A stretch of 64,000 nucleotides of DNA from the NCBI GenBank assembly GCA_044222475.1, contig JBGANF010000007.1, forward strand, positions 1 to 64,000. Reading direction: 5' to 3'. Origin of the DNA: Polyangiaceae bacterium. Its GTDB lineage: Bacteria > Myxococcota_A > Polyangia > Polyangiales > Polyangiaceae. The notes under the pieces were generated by a model. The model searched no databases. It was not told the DNA's origin and saw only the letters and a list, made by a program, of their open reading frames with translations. The position numbers were made by a program, and so were the translations under genes. Shown one piece after another: positions 9,441 to 17,802 of the stretch. Every line of letters begins with the position of its first letter. Position 1 is the first letter of the stretch.

Positions 9441-9609
9441 CGTGCCGAAGATACTACGAACGGACCGCACGAGCACGGTCGCGCCGGCCGGAAGGGCCGC
9501 ACCGCCGAGGACGAGGGCATGGGTGACGAACGCAGCGCTCACTTCTTTCGCCTCTCATCCTTTCCCCGCCACTCGGCGGGAACCCCCGCCCTCGGCGGAA
9601 CGATCAAAC

Positions 9610-9640
9610 GAAGACGGCCCGGACCATCCGAGCCGCCTCC
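9610..9640 (-). terminator. Intrinsic terminator-like hairpin after the 9666..10094 gene
   Basis: Minus strand GGAGGCGGCUCGGA-UGG-UCCGGGCCGUCUUC, 14-bp stem with G-U pairs, followed by GUUU. Confidence 0.6.
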
Positions 9641-9665
9641 GCCTCTTCCGGTTTTCGACCTTCCC

Positions 9666-10094
9666 TCAGACGAACCAGAAGACCAGGTAGAGCGCCGAGG
9701 TGACGATGGCGAGGAGGCCGAGCGGCACCTGGAACTTCACGAGCGAGTTGCGGAGCGCGTTGCCCTTCTCGATCGCGACGGCGTTCCCGCGGAACGCGTA
9801 GGTGGAGATCATGCCGAAGCCGAGGAGCAGACCGACGCCGAAGTCGGCCACGCCCGACGCGAGCATGAAGCCCCAGATGAGCGGGTGCTCGGCGATCATG
9901 CCGAGGCTGAGAACGGAGTCGATGAGCTCCCACACGCCCCAGCCGAACATGCACAGGCCGATGTAGCCCTGGTACTGGGCCAGCTTGGCGAGCTTTTCGG
10001 CCGCCCCCGGCCCTCCTTTGTTCAGGAAAAGCGACGAAGACGCGAGGATTCCACCACCGATACCGAGAGCCGCTGCGATGATTGCGAAGATCAT
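9666..10094 (-). CDS. Small integral membrane protein (about 4 TM), function unknown
   Basis: Strong SD AGGAGGAGG before ATG 10094; four hydrophobic segments. Confidence 0.85.
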   Translation of the reverse strand: MIFAIIAAALGIGGGILASSSLFLNKGGPGAAEKLAKLAQYQGYIGLCMFGWGVWELIDSVLSLGMIAEHPLIWGFMLASGVADFGVGLLLGFGMISTYAFRGNAVAIEKGNALRNSLVKFQVPLGLLAIVTSALYLVFWFV

Positions 10095-10133
10095 TTGAGA
10101 ACCTCCTCCTGAGGGATTGTGGGAGGGGCTCAT

Positions 10134-10149
10134 TTCAAGGTTCGGGCCA
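10134..10149 (-). promoter_or_regulatory. Putative sigma-54 (-24/-12) promoter for the 9666..10094 gene
   Basis: Minus strand TGGCCCG-AACC-TTGAA versus consensus TGGCACG-N4-TTGCW; correct GG-N10 spacing, GA in place of GC. Confidence 0.6.
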
Positions 10150-10210
10150 ACCACGAAACCGGCCGTTTTTCGGGCTTTTCGTGATTTTGGCTGCCCGGCA
10201 GCGAGCAAGC

Positions 10211-10230
10211 TCTTGCCGGTTTCGGCAAGA
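10211..10230. promoter_or_regulatory. Palindromic putative enhancer (bEBP binding site)
   Basis: TCTTGCCG-GTTT-CGGCAAGA perfect 8-bp inverted repeat; second palindrome GCTGCC-C-GGCAGC at 10190-10202. Confidence 0.55.
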
Positions 10231-10252
10231 CGTACGATCACCTTGGGCAGCG

Positions 10253-12010
10253 ATGACGGACGACGGAACCACGCTGCGGCGCGAGCCGGGCTCGATGCGG
10301 GCCCCGGAGCAGTCTCTCTTGCTCTACCACCGTGGCGGGGCCAAGATCGTCCCGCTGCCCGCCGGCGCGACGGTCGTCGTCGGGCGTACGTGGCCGGCCG
10401 ACGCGGTGATCGACGATCGGAGCCTCTCCCGCCAGCACGCTCGGCTCACGTCGACGAGCGACGGCATCACGATCGAGGATCTCGAGTCGACGAACGGCAC
10501 GTGGATCAACGGCGCGCGGCTCAGCGGGCGCGCAGCGAAGGTCGCCCTGGGCGACGTGCTGCGCCTCGGCGACGTGACTGCGGCGCTTCACGTGGTCCTC
10601 GCGCGGAGCACCTCCGGCATCGAGAGCCACGATCGGTTTCGCGGGCTCCTCGAGGACGAGGTGCGGCGCACGCAGGCGTTCCAGCGCTCGTGCGCGCTGC
10701 TCATGATCCGCGCGCGCGGCAAGGCGGGCGCACACGTCGACCAGTTCGTGCCCGCGCTCCTCACCACGCTGCGACCGGTCGACCGCGTCGGCGCTTACGC
10801 CGACGACACGGTCCTCGTGCTCCTCCCGGAGTCGACACTCGACGCCGCGCGGGTGTTCGCTCAAGGCTTCGCCGGCGAGCACGACGTGAGCCTCGGCCTC
10901 GCGGGCTTCCCCGACGACGGCGCGACCGCAGAGGAGCTCATCGACTCGGCGCGTCGATCGCTCGCGCGCGGTGGCGCGGCGGCGCCTTCGGTCGCGCCCC
11001 TCGCGCCCGACCGCGTCGTGGTGCAGAGCCCGCGAATGCGCGCCGTGTTCGACGAGATCGCGCGCGTTGCACCGTCGGCGCTTCCGGTGCTCGTCATCGG
11101 CGAGACGGGGACCGGCAAGGAGCTCGTCGCCCGAGCGGTCCACGAGCGGAGCCCTCGCGCGAGCAAGCCGTTTCGCTCGGTGAACTGCGGGGCGATCCCG
11201 CAGTCGCTCGTCGAGGGCACGCTCTTCGGCCACGAGCGCGGCGCGTTCACCAGCGCCGACCGGACGACGAAGGGCCTCTTCGAGCAAGCCCACGGGGGAA
11301 CGCTCTTCCTCGACGAGATCGGCGAGCTCCCGGCCGCGGCGCAGGCGGCGCTTCTTCGAGTGCTCGAATCGAAGCGGCTGATGCGAGTCGGCGGCGATCG
11401 CGAGATCGACGTCGACGTGCGCCTGGTTGCTGCGACTCACCGCGACCTGGAGTCGATGTCCCAAGATGGTACATTCCGGACCGACCTGTTGTACCGACTC
11501 AACACCGTCACGGTGAGCCTCCCGCCGCTCAAGCAGCGCACCGAGGAGATCGATGCCCTCGTCGCGACCTTCGTCGCCGACGCGAACCAGGCGAGCGGGC
11601 GTCGCGTGCTCGGGGTGGACGCCGCCGTTCGGGCGACGCTCCTGGCGTACCCGTGGCCGGGGAACGTCCGCGAGCTGAAGAACGTGATCGACCGCGCCGT
11701 CGTGATCGCGCGGGGCGAGCGGATCACGATCGAGGATCTCCCCGATCGCCTGCGCGCCGGCGCGACGAGCCTGGCGCCCGAGGCGGAAGAACCAGAGGAA
11801 GAAGCCCCAGCCGCGGTGCGGATCGGCGCCGGGGTCGACTTCAAGGAGCTCGTGAAAGAGCAGACCCGCGCCTACGAGACGAACCTGATCCTCGCCGCGC
11901 TGGAGCAGAGCAAGGGCAACCAGACCGAGGCGGCGAAGCTCCTCGGGATGCCGGTGAGGACCTTCACCCACAAGGTGAAGGAGCTGGGGATCAAGAAGAA
12001 GTTCGAGTGA
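10253..12010 (+). CDS. Sigma-54-dependent activator: FHA + degenerate GGDEF + AAA+ + Fis HTH
   Basis: FHA (VGR..SRQHA..STNGTWING); RPVD-RVGAY-ADDTV; GETGTGKE, GAFTSA, LFLDEIGEL, YPWPGNVREL; GNQTEAAKLLG. Confidence 0.93.
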   Translation: MTDDGTTLRREPGSMRAPEQSLLLYHRGGAKIVPLPAGATVVVGRTWPADAVIDDRSLSRQHARLTSTSDGITIEDLESTNGTWINGARLSGRAAKVALGDVLRLGDVTAALHVVLARSTSGIESHDRFRGLLEDEVRRTQAFQRSCALLMIRARGKAGAHVDQFVPALLTTLRPVDRVGAYADDTVLVLLPESTLDAARVFAQGFAGEHDVSLGLAGFPDDGATAEELIDSARRSLARGGAAAPSVAPLAPDRVVVQSPRMRAVFDEIARVAPSALPVLVIGETGTGKELVARAVHERSPRASKPFRSVNCGAIPQSLVEGTLFGHERGAFTSADRTTKGLFEQAHGGTLFLDEIGELPAAAQAALLRVLESKRLMRVGGDREIDVDVRLVAATHRDLESMSQDGTFRTDLLYRLNTVTVSLPPLKQRTEEIDALVATFVADANQASGRRVLGVDAAVRATLLAYPWPGNVRELKNVIDRAVVIARGERITIEDLPDRLRAGATSLAPEAEEPEEEAPAAVRIGAGVDFKELVKEQTRAYETNLILAALEQSKGNQTEAAKLLGMPVRTFTHKVKELGIKKKFE

Positions 12011-12013
12011 GCG

Positions 12014-12138
12014 CGTCGACGTGATCGTTGACGTTGACGTGGTCGTGGTCGTGGTCGTTGACGTGAACGGCGACGGCGACGTTCTCGTCAGGCGTCTTTC
12101 GTCGCCGTCGCCGTCGCCGTCGCCGTCAACGTCAACGA
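12014..12138. repeat. Hexamer-periodic inverted repeat between convergent genes
   Basis: (GTTGAC/GTGGTC/GGCGAC)n left arm and (GTCGCC)4(GTCAAC)2 right arm; 15-bp perfect IR 12025-12039 vs 12124-12138. Confidence 0.8.
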
Positions 12139-12145
12139 AGCGAGA

Positions 12146-13567
12146 CTAGTTGCGATTCAGGATGTGAATCGCGTGACCCAGCGCGTTCATGTGGGCTTCC
12201 ATCATGCCCTCGCCCAGCGTCGGGTGCGGGTGGATGGTCAGCCCGACGTCCTCGAGGAAGGCGTGCATCTCGAGCGCCAGCGCGCCTTCGCTGATCAGAT
12301 CGCTCGCCGACGCTCCGACGATGTGCACGCCGAGCACCTCGTGCGTCTTCTTGTCGGCGATGACCTTGAAGAAGCCGTCGGTCTCCTCGACCGCCATCGC
12401 GCGACCGAGAGCCGCGAACGGGAACTTCCCGACCTTGACGTCCATGCCCTTCTCTTTGGCCTGCGTCTCGGTCAACCCGGCGACGGCGATCTCGGGATCG
12501 GTGAAGATCGCCGCGGGGATCGCGACCCAATCCTTGGCGGCCTTGTGGCCGGCGATGACCTCGGCGATGACCTCGCCCTCCTTCGTCGCCTTGTGGGCGA
12601 GCATCGGGTGACCGCTCACGTCGCCGATGGCGTAGATGCCCGGGACCGCGGTGCGGCCCATGGGATCGGTCGGGACGAAGCCGCGCTCCACCTTGACGCC
12701 GATCTCTTCGAGACCGAGACCCGCGCCGTTCGGGCGCATGCCCACCGCGACGAGGACGACGTCGCATACGAAGGTGTCGTTCTTGCCGCCGCCGAGATCG
12801 ACCTTCACCGCGACGCTGCCGTCGCCCTGCTTCTCGTAGCCGAGCGCCTTCGCGCCCTTGAAGATCTTCGCGCCGTGCTTCACGAGCCGCTTCTCGACGA
12901 CGGCCGTGAGATCGGGATCGACGCCCGGCAGCAGGCCCGCAGTCGCCTCGACCACCGTCAGCTCGGAGCCGAGCTTCTGGTAGACCGAGCCGAGCTCCAG
13001 ACCGATGACGCCGCCGCCGATGACGAGCAGGCGCTTCGGGACCGACTGGAGGCTCACGGCCTCGCGCGCGCCGATGATCTGGCTGCCGTCGAACTTGAAC
13101 GTCGGGATCTCGATCGTCGAGGAGCCGGTCGCGATGACGATCGCCTTGGTGGCTTCGATCGTCTCAGTCGCGCCTTCGTTCGTCTTCACTTCGACTTTGT
13201 TCTTCGCGACGACGCGCGCGTTGCCCATCAGGAGCTCGACGCCGTTGCCGCGGAAGAGCCCGCGAATGCCGCCGGTGAGCTTCTTGACGATGCCGGCCTT
13301 CCACGCCTGCATCTTGGGGACGTCGACGCGGACGTTGTCGGCGAAGAGGCCCATCTTCTGACCGTCCTTCGCCTTCTCGTACGTGTGGCTCGCGGCGATG
13401 AGCGCCTTCGACGGGACGCAGCCCCAGTTGAGGCACACGCCGCCGACCTCTTCCTTCTCCACGCAGAGGACCTTCTGCTTGAGCTGCCCAAGACGGATCG
13501 CGCAGCCGTAGCCGCCAGGTCCGCCACCGATCACCACCACGTCGTAGGTCTTCGTCGCCATCGTCAT
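12146..13567 (-). CDS. lpdA: Dihydrolipoyl dehydrogenase (E3)
   Basis: GGGPGGY, GGVCLNWGCVPSK redox disulfide, GGGVIGLE, HPHPTLGE. Confidence 0.97.
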   Translation of the reverse strand: MTMATKTYDVVVIGGGPGGYGCAIRLGQLKQKVLCVEKEEVGGVCLNWGCVPSKALIAASHTYEKAKDGQKMGLFADNVRVDVPKMQAWKAGIVKKLTGGIRGLFRGNGVELLMGNARVVAKNKVEVKTNEGATETIEATKAIVIATGSSTIEIPTFKFDGSQIIGAREAVSLQSVPKRLLVIGGGVIGLELGSVYQKLGSELTVVEATAGLLPGVDPDLTAVVEKRLVKHGAKIFKGAKALGYEKQGDGSVAVKVDLGGGKNDTFVCDVVLVAVGMRPNGAGLGLEEIGVKVERGFVPTDPMGRTAVPGIYAIGDVSGHPMLAHKATKEGEVIAEVIAGHKAAKDWVAIPAAIFTDPEIAVAGLTETQAKEKGMDVKVGKFPFAALGRAMAVEETDGFFKVIADKKTHEVLGVHIVGASASDLISEGALALEMHAFLEDVGLTIHPHPTLGEGMMEAHMNALGHAIHILNRN

Positions 13568-13580
13568 TCCTCTTCAGCGT

Positions 13581-14702
13581 TCAATTATGCGTAGGGGCGG
13601 GCGGGAGCTTGGACAGCTCTTCCTGTTGCTCGCGCAGGTTCCAGGTCTTTTCGGCGTAGACGTCTTCGAACATCGACGCCCGGTCCGGGGGAGGCAGCGC
13701 CTCCACCGCGTTCACCGCCGCGGCGATCTCCTTGGTGAGCTCTTCGTCGAGAGTCTTGTCGGACTCGTCGGACGCCCAGCCCTGCTTCACGACGTACCGC
13801 CGCAGGCGATCCAGCGGGTCCTTCTTCTTCCAGACCTCGACCTCGGCGTCGCTGCGGTAACGCGTCGGGTCGTCGCTCGTGGAGTGTGCGCCGATGCGGT
13901 AGGTGAGCGCCTCGATGAAGGTGGGCCCCTCGCCGGCGCGCGCGCGCGCGACCGCTTCGGCGAGCACTGCGTGCACCGCCAAGAGGTCGTTCCCGTCGAC
14001 GCGAACGCTGGGCACGCCGTAGGCGCGGCCCTTGATCGCGATCGTGCGCGACGCGGTCTGGCGAGCGGTCGGCACGCTGATCGACCAGTGGTTGTTCTGG
14101 CAGAGGATCACCGAAGGCGTCTTGAACACCGCGGCGAAGTTCATCGCGTTGTGAAAGTCGGGCTGGCTCGTCGCGCCGTCGCCGCAGAAGCCTATCGCGA
14201 CCGACGGATCCTTCTTCATCTTCATCGCCCACGCCGTGCCGACCGCTTGCGCGATCTGCGGGCCGATGTTGGACGACCACGAGACCTGCTGCACGCTGCG
14301 GCCCGAGTGATGGCTCGGCATCTGGCGGCCCTTCAGCACGTCCCCCGAGTTGCCGAACACTTGGGCGATGAACTGCGTCAGCGGGAAGCCGCGCACCAGC
14401 ATGACGCTCTGCTCGCGCAGCGCCGGGAACACCCAGTCGTTCTTCGCGAGCACGAGACCGGTCGCAATCGGGACCGCTTCCTGGCCGGTGCACGCGCCGT
14501 AGAAGCCGACGCGACCCTGACGCTGGAGGATGATCATCCGCGCGTCGATCAGCCGCAAGCGCCGCATCTCGCGATAGCCGCGGAGAACGACCTCCTTGGG
14601 CAGCTTCGGATCGTTGGCCGCGTCGGTGGTTCCGTCGTCCTTCAGTACGGTGAAGAGCCCGACGTCGCGATCGGTGTCGTGCACTTCTTGCTCGGGCAAC
14701 AT
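13581..14702 (-). CDS. 2-oxoacid (pyruvate or branched-chain) dehydrogenase E1 alpha subunit
   Basis: QRQGR, GQEA, GRQMPSH, GDGATS...NN TPP motif, HSTSDDP. Confidence 0.93.
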   Translation of the reverse strand: MLPEQEVHDTDRDVGLFTVLKDDGTTDAANDPKLPKEVVLRGYREMRRLRLIDARMIILQRQGRVGFYGACTGQEAVPIATGLVLAKNDWVFPALREQSVMLVRGFPLTQFIAQVFGNSGDVLKGRQMPSHHSGRSVQQVSWSSNIGPQIAQAVGTAWAMKMKKDPSVAIGFCGDGATSQPDFHNAMNFAAVFKTPSVILCQNNHWSISVPTARQTASRTIAIKGRAYGVPSVRVDGNDLLAVHAVLAEAVARARAGEGPTFIEALTYRIGAHSTSDDPTRYRSDAEVEVWKKKDPLDRLRRYVVKQGWASDESDKTLDEELTKEIAAAVNAVEALPPPDRASMFEDVYAEKTWNLREQQEELSKLPPAPTHN

Positions 14703-14729
14703 GCGAGCCGCACCTTAACCGAAACGAAG

Positions 14730-14767
14730 AAAAAGGGGCACCGCGTTCGAGAACGCAGTGCCCCTTT
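14730..14767 (-). terminator. Rho-independent terminator downstream of the 14824..15564 gene
   Basis: AAAGGGGCAC-c-GCGTTC-ga-GAACGC-a-GTGCCCCTTT stem-loop; U-tract on the minus strand. Confidence 0.8.
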
Positions 14768-14823
14768 CGGCGTGGTCGCGAGGGCGCGATCGGTGGCCGG
14801 GTCAGTGACCCGTCAGCTACGCG

Positions 14824-15564
14824 TCAGTTACCCGTGACGCAGAGGACGTTCGCGACGAGGAGGTAGGTGTCCTTGAAGTCGTCCGTGCTGGTCGACGGGG
14901 CGATGCAGGCCTTGGCGGAAGCCGCGCCATCGTCGCCGTTGGCGCAGGTCGCCTTGTCCGCGTAGGTCTTGCAGACCGTGGTGTCGGCCTTCGACTCGCA
15001 CGCGTTGAGGGCGTTGAGCGCCGCCGTGTCTCCATCGGGGACCGGGCAGACGGTGTCGGGGCAGGCAGCGCGTGCGCACTGGCTCTGCTCGCTGATCGCC
15101 TTCGAGCACGCCGCGTCGCCCTTGACCGAGAGGCAGCCGGCGATGTTGTTGCGGATGAGGCCTTGCGAGTCCTCCACGAGGGCGCCCCACTTGGAGTTCG
15201 TCTCCGGCGTGCTGAGGCACTTGAGGCAGTTCGCCTTCGACGTGTCCTTCGTGAGCGCCGTGCACTTGGTGTTGTCACCGGGGTCGACGCAGAAGTCGTA
15301 GAAGTCCTTCGTGTCCTGTACGGTGCACGCGCCAGCGGCGGTCGCCGGGCCGGGCTCCGCGGACGGAGTGAAGCTCGACACGTCCTGCGGCTTGCACGTT
15401 CCGCTCGTCGAGGAGTCACCGCCGTCGGGGTTGACGACGTTGCCGTCCTTCTTCGCGTCGGCGCCGCCGTCAGTCGGCGTGGTGGTGGTGGTGCTGCTGC
15501 TGCACGCGACTGCGCCAACGAGGGCGAAGAGGGAAACGAGAACGGACTGCTTGACGAGATTCAT
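14824..15564 (-). CDS. Cys-rich lipoprotein (paralogue A)
   Basis: GGAGG SD; lipobox AVAC; 16 further Cys; closely similar to 16854..17594. Confidence 0.9.
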   Translation of the reverse strand: MNLVKQSVLVSLFALVGAVACSSSTTTTTPTDGGADAKKDGNVVNPDGGDSSTSGTCKPQDVSSFTPSAEPGPATAAGACTVQDTKDFYDFCVDPGDNTKCTALTKDTSKANCLKCLSTPETNSKWGALVEDSQGLIRNNIAGCLSVKGDAACSKAISEQSQCARAACPDTVCPVPDGDTAALNALNACESKADTTVCKTYADKATCANGDDGAASAKACIAPSTSTDDFKDTYLLVANVLCVTGN

Positions 15565-15672
15565 GCGACTGCCTCCAAAAAAAACCCGTGAACGCGGTGA
15601 CGCCGCGAAGCAAGGGACGACCGCGAAGGCGCGGCTTCTACCGCGACTTTTCGAGGGTGTCGAGGAGGATCG

Positions 15673-16548
15673 TTACTGGCAGATGCCGAGCCAGGTGGGC
15701 AGGCCGGTGATTCCGCCCTGACACGTCTTCGGCGCGCCGCATCCGCCCTTGCCGGGTCCTGCGTCCACCGTGCCGCCGTCGAAGTACGGACCGCCGCCCT
15801 TGTAGCAAGTGTACTTGCAGACGAAGCCGCCATCCGCCGCGCCGAGGCACATCATGCCGTCCTTGCAGTCGTTGGCGTTCGAGCACGCGACGCCCTCGGC
15901 CTTGCCCGGCGGCTGGAAGATCACGGAGCACGTCGCCGTGCCGCTCACGTCCTTGACGAGGCAAGTGTAGTCGGTGGGGCAAGGTTGCACGCCGAACGGC
16001 TTGCACGCAGCGTTGTAGGTGCAGCCGAAGTGGAGCGGCTTGTTGTTCGTGTCGACGAGGTTGATGTTGCACTGCCCGGTGAAGCCTTCGGGGATGCTGT
16101 TGCCGCAGATCTGATCCGCGCCTTGGCAGCACGCCGGAGCGCAGCGACCCGAGATGCAGGTGGTGCCCTTCACGCACGGGTTGTTCTGGCTCGGAGTGCA
16201 CACGCCGCCCTTCGGGATCGCCCCGGTGCCGGCCGTCATGCACTTCGTGCTCGAGTTGCCCTTGCCGTCGTTGACGACGACGCACTCCTCGGTGGGCGGA
16301 CAGTTCTGCGCGACGATGTCGCAATCCGTGTTGACGGGCGAGGTGCAGGTCGAGCTGCCGTCCGGGCCGCCGCCATCGGGCTTGCTGCCGTCCGTGGGCG
16401 TCCCGTCCTTGCCGGAGTCACCCACGCCGGAGTCGACGCCGGAGTCGGGGTTGAACTGGTTGTTGGAGGTCGAACATGCGAGGCCGAAGGCGCCTGCTCC
16501 CCCGAGACCGAGCGTGAGCGAAAGAAAGACCAAGCGGTGCGTTTTCAT
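15673..16548 (-). CDS. Cys-rich lipoprotein
   Basis: Lipobox GLAC, DSG/DGG linker, CDIVAQNCP and many further Cys. Confidence 0.88.
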   Translation of the reverse strand: MKTHRLVFLSLTLGLGGAGAFGLACSTSNNQFNPDSGVDSGVGDSGKDGTPTDGSKPDGGGPDGSSTCTSPVNTDCDIVAQNCPPTEECVVVNDGKGNSSTKCMTAGTGAIPKGGVCTPSQNNPCVKGTTCISGRCAPACCQGADQICGNSIPEGFTGQCNINLVDTNNKPLHFGCTYNAACKPFGVQPCPTDYTCLVKDVSGTATCSVIFQPPGKAEGVACSNANDCKDGMMCLGAADGGFVCKYTCYKGGGPYFDGGTVDAGPGKGGCGAPKTCQGGITGLPTWLGICQ

Positions 16549-16563
16549 GATGATCCCTGGTGA

Positions 16564-16779
16564 CTAGCGTACCGCCGAAGCGGCCGGAGCGCCAGCTTCT
16601 GCGCCTTCCTGGCCGAGGTCGCGGAAGTTGATTCGAGGCTTGATTCGTCCGCTGGAGCCGGGGTTCGGCGCCCCGCTGGCCATGGGCTCGGGCGTGGTGC
16701 TGGTGGGCTCGGACGTCGTCTCACATGCGTCGCCGCATGCAACCAACGATAGGAGGGCGACGTAGAGGAGCGTTCGCAT
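16564..16779 (-). CDS. Small 71-aa lipoprotein
   Basis: 3' end of ORF 16564..17292: MRTLLYVALLSLVAC lipobox. Confidence 0.65.
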   Translation of the reverse strand: MRTLLYVALLSLVACGDACETTSEPTSTTPEPMASGAPNPGSSGRIKPRINFRDLGQEGAEAGAPAASAVR

Positions 16780-16793
16780 GGGCACAAAATGCA

Positions 16794-16825
16794 CGAAAGG
16801 ACGGTGGCTGACCACCGTCCTTTCG
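16794..16825 (-). terminator. Perfect 14-bp hairpin downstream of paralogue B
   Basis: CGAAAGGACGGTGG-CTGA-CCACCGTCCTTTCG. Confidence 0.75.
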
Positions 16826-16853
16826 CGTCCGATCGCGCTGGGCGATCGGTTCG

Positions 16854-17594
16854 TCAGTTTCCAGTCACGCAGATCGCGTTGGCGACCTTGACGTACGTGT
16901 CGCGGAAGCCGTTCGTCGAGTTCGCGTCCGCCGTGCAGGCCGCGTAGGCAGCCGAGTCCGGCGTGCCGCAGGCGTTGGCCTTGTCCGCGTAGGTCTTGCA
17001 GGTGGTCTTCGCCGAGTCGCTCAGGCACTTGTTGAGCGCGTTGAGGGCGGCCTTGTCGCCGGACGGAACCGGGCAGACGGTGTCCGGGCAGACGAAGCGC
17101 GCGCACTCCGAGGACTGCGCGGTCGCGTCGGCGCAAGCCTTGTCGCCCTTGATCTGGAGGCAGCCCGCGATGTTGTTGCGGACGAGGTTCTGGTCGTCCG
17201 AGACGAGCGCGCCCCACTTCGTGGCGGTCTCCGGCGTGCTGAGGCACTTGAGGCAGTTCGCCTTCGCCGTGTCCTTCGTCATCGCCGTGCACTTGGTGTT
17301 GTCACCCGGGTCGATGCAGAAATCGAAGAAGTCGGTGACGTCCTGCGTGGTGCAGGCACCCACCGCCGTCGCCGGCGGAGTCGCCGCGCTCGGGGTGAAG
17401 CCGGACGAGTCCTGCGGCTTGCACTGGCCGCCGCCGCTGTCGCCGCCGCCGCTGTCGGTGACGACGCCGGTGTCCTTCTTGGCGTCCGTACCCGCGTCCG
17501 TCGTCGGGGTCGTCGAGCTGCCGCTGGAACAAGCGACCGCGGACGCCGCGAGAACCACCACCGAAACCAAAGATGCACTCTTGATGAACTGCAT
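16854..17594 (-). CDS. Cys-rich lipoprotein (paralogue B)
   Basis: GGAGG SD before MQFIK; lipobox AVAC; same Cys pattern and CVTGN terminus as paralogue A. Confidence 0.9.
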   Translation of the reverse strand: MQFIKSASLVSVVVLAASAVACSSGSSTTPTTDAGTDAKKDTGVVTDSGGGDSGGGQCKPQDSSGFTPSAATPPATAVGACTTQDVTDFFDFCIDPGDNTKCTAMTKDTAKANCLKCLSTPETATKWGALVSDDQNLVRNNIAGCLQIKGDKACADATAQSSECARFVCPDTVCPVPSGDKAALNALNKCLSDSAKTTCKTYADKANACGTPDSAAYAACTADANSTNGFRDTYVKVANAICVTGN

Positions 17595-17802
17595 GACCGT
17601 TGCCTCCAATTCGATAGCGGCGCGCCTCGCCGCAAGCTCGCGGTCTTAAGAAAGCCCGCGCCGTAACCCTGACGAACTTTCCCGAATGTGCAACCCACCG
17701 GGAAGAGGAGGGCTGCGACCGCAGAAATGCGAGTTGGTCACCGACCGCTCCGCAAACGCGCGCGGGACTATACCTTTGCCGATCGATTGGTCAACGGAAT
17801 CC

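Noticed and set aside
6162..10112. 1316-aa plus-strand ORF, and similar long ORFs at 19897..23163, 24389..27343, 40231..43152 and 48343..51546
   Set aside because: Antisense or alternate-frame shadows of well-supported genes; Arg/Ala-rich, motif-free and expected at this GC content.
12014..12138. Possible CRISPR array
   Set aside because: Units are 6 nt with no unique spacers, and there are no cas genes.
15600..15630. Sigma-54-like CGGTCGTCCCTTGCT upstream of paralogue A, and similar motifs near pspA
   Set aside because: GG-GC spacing is 9 or 11 rather than the required 10.
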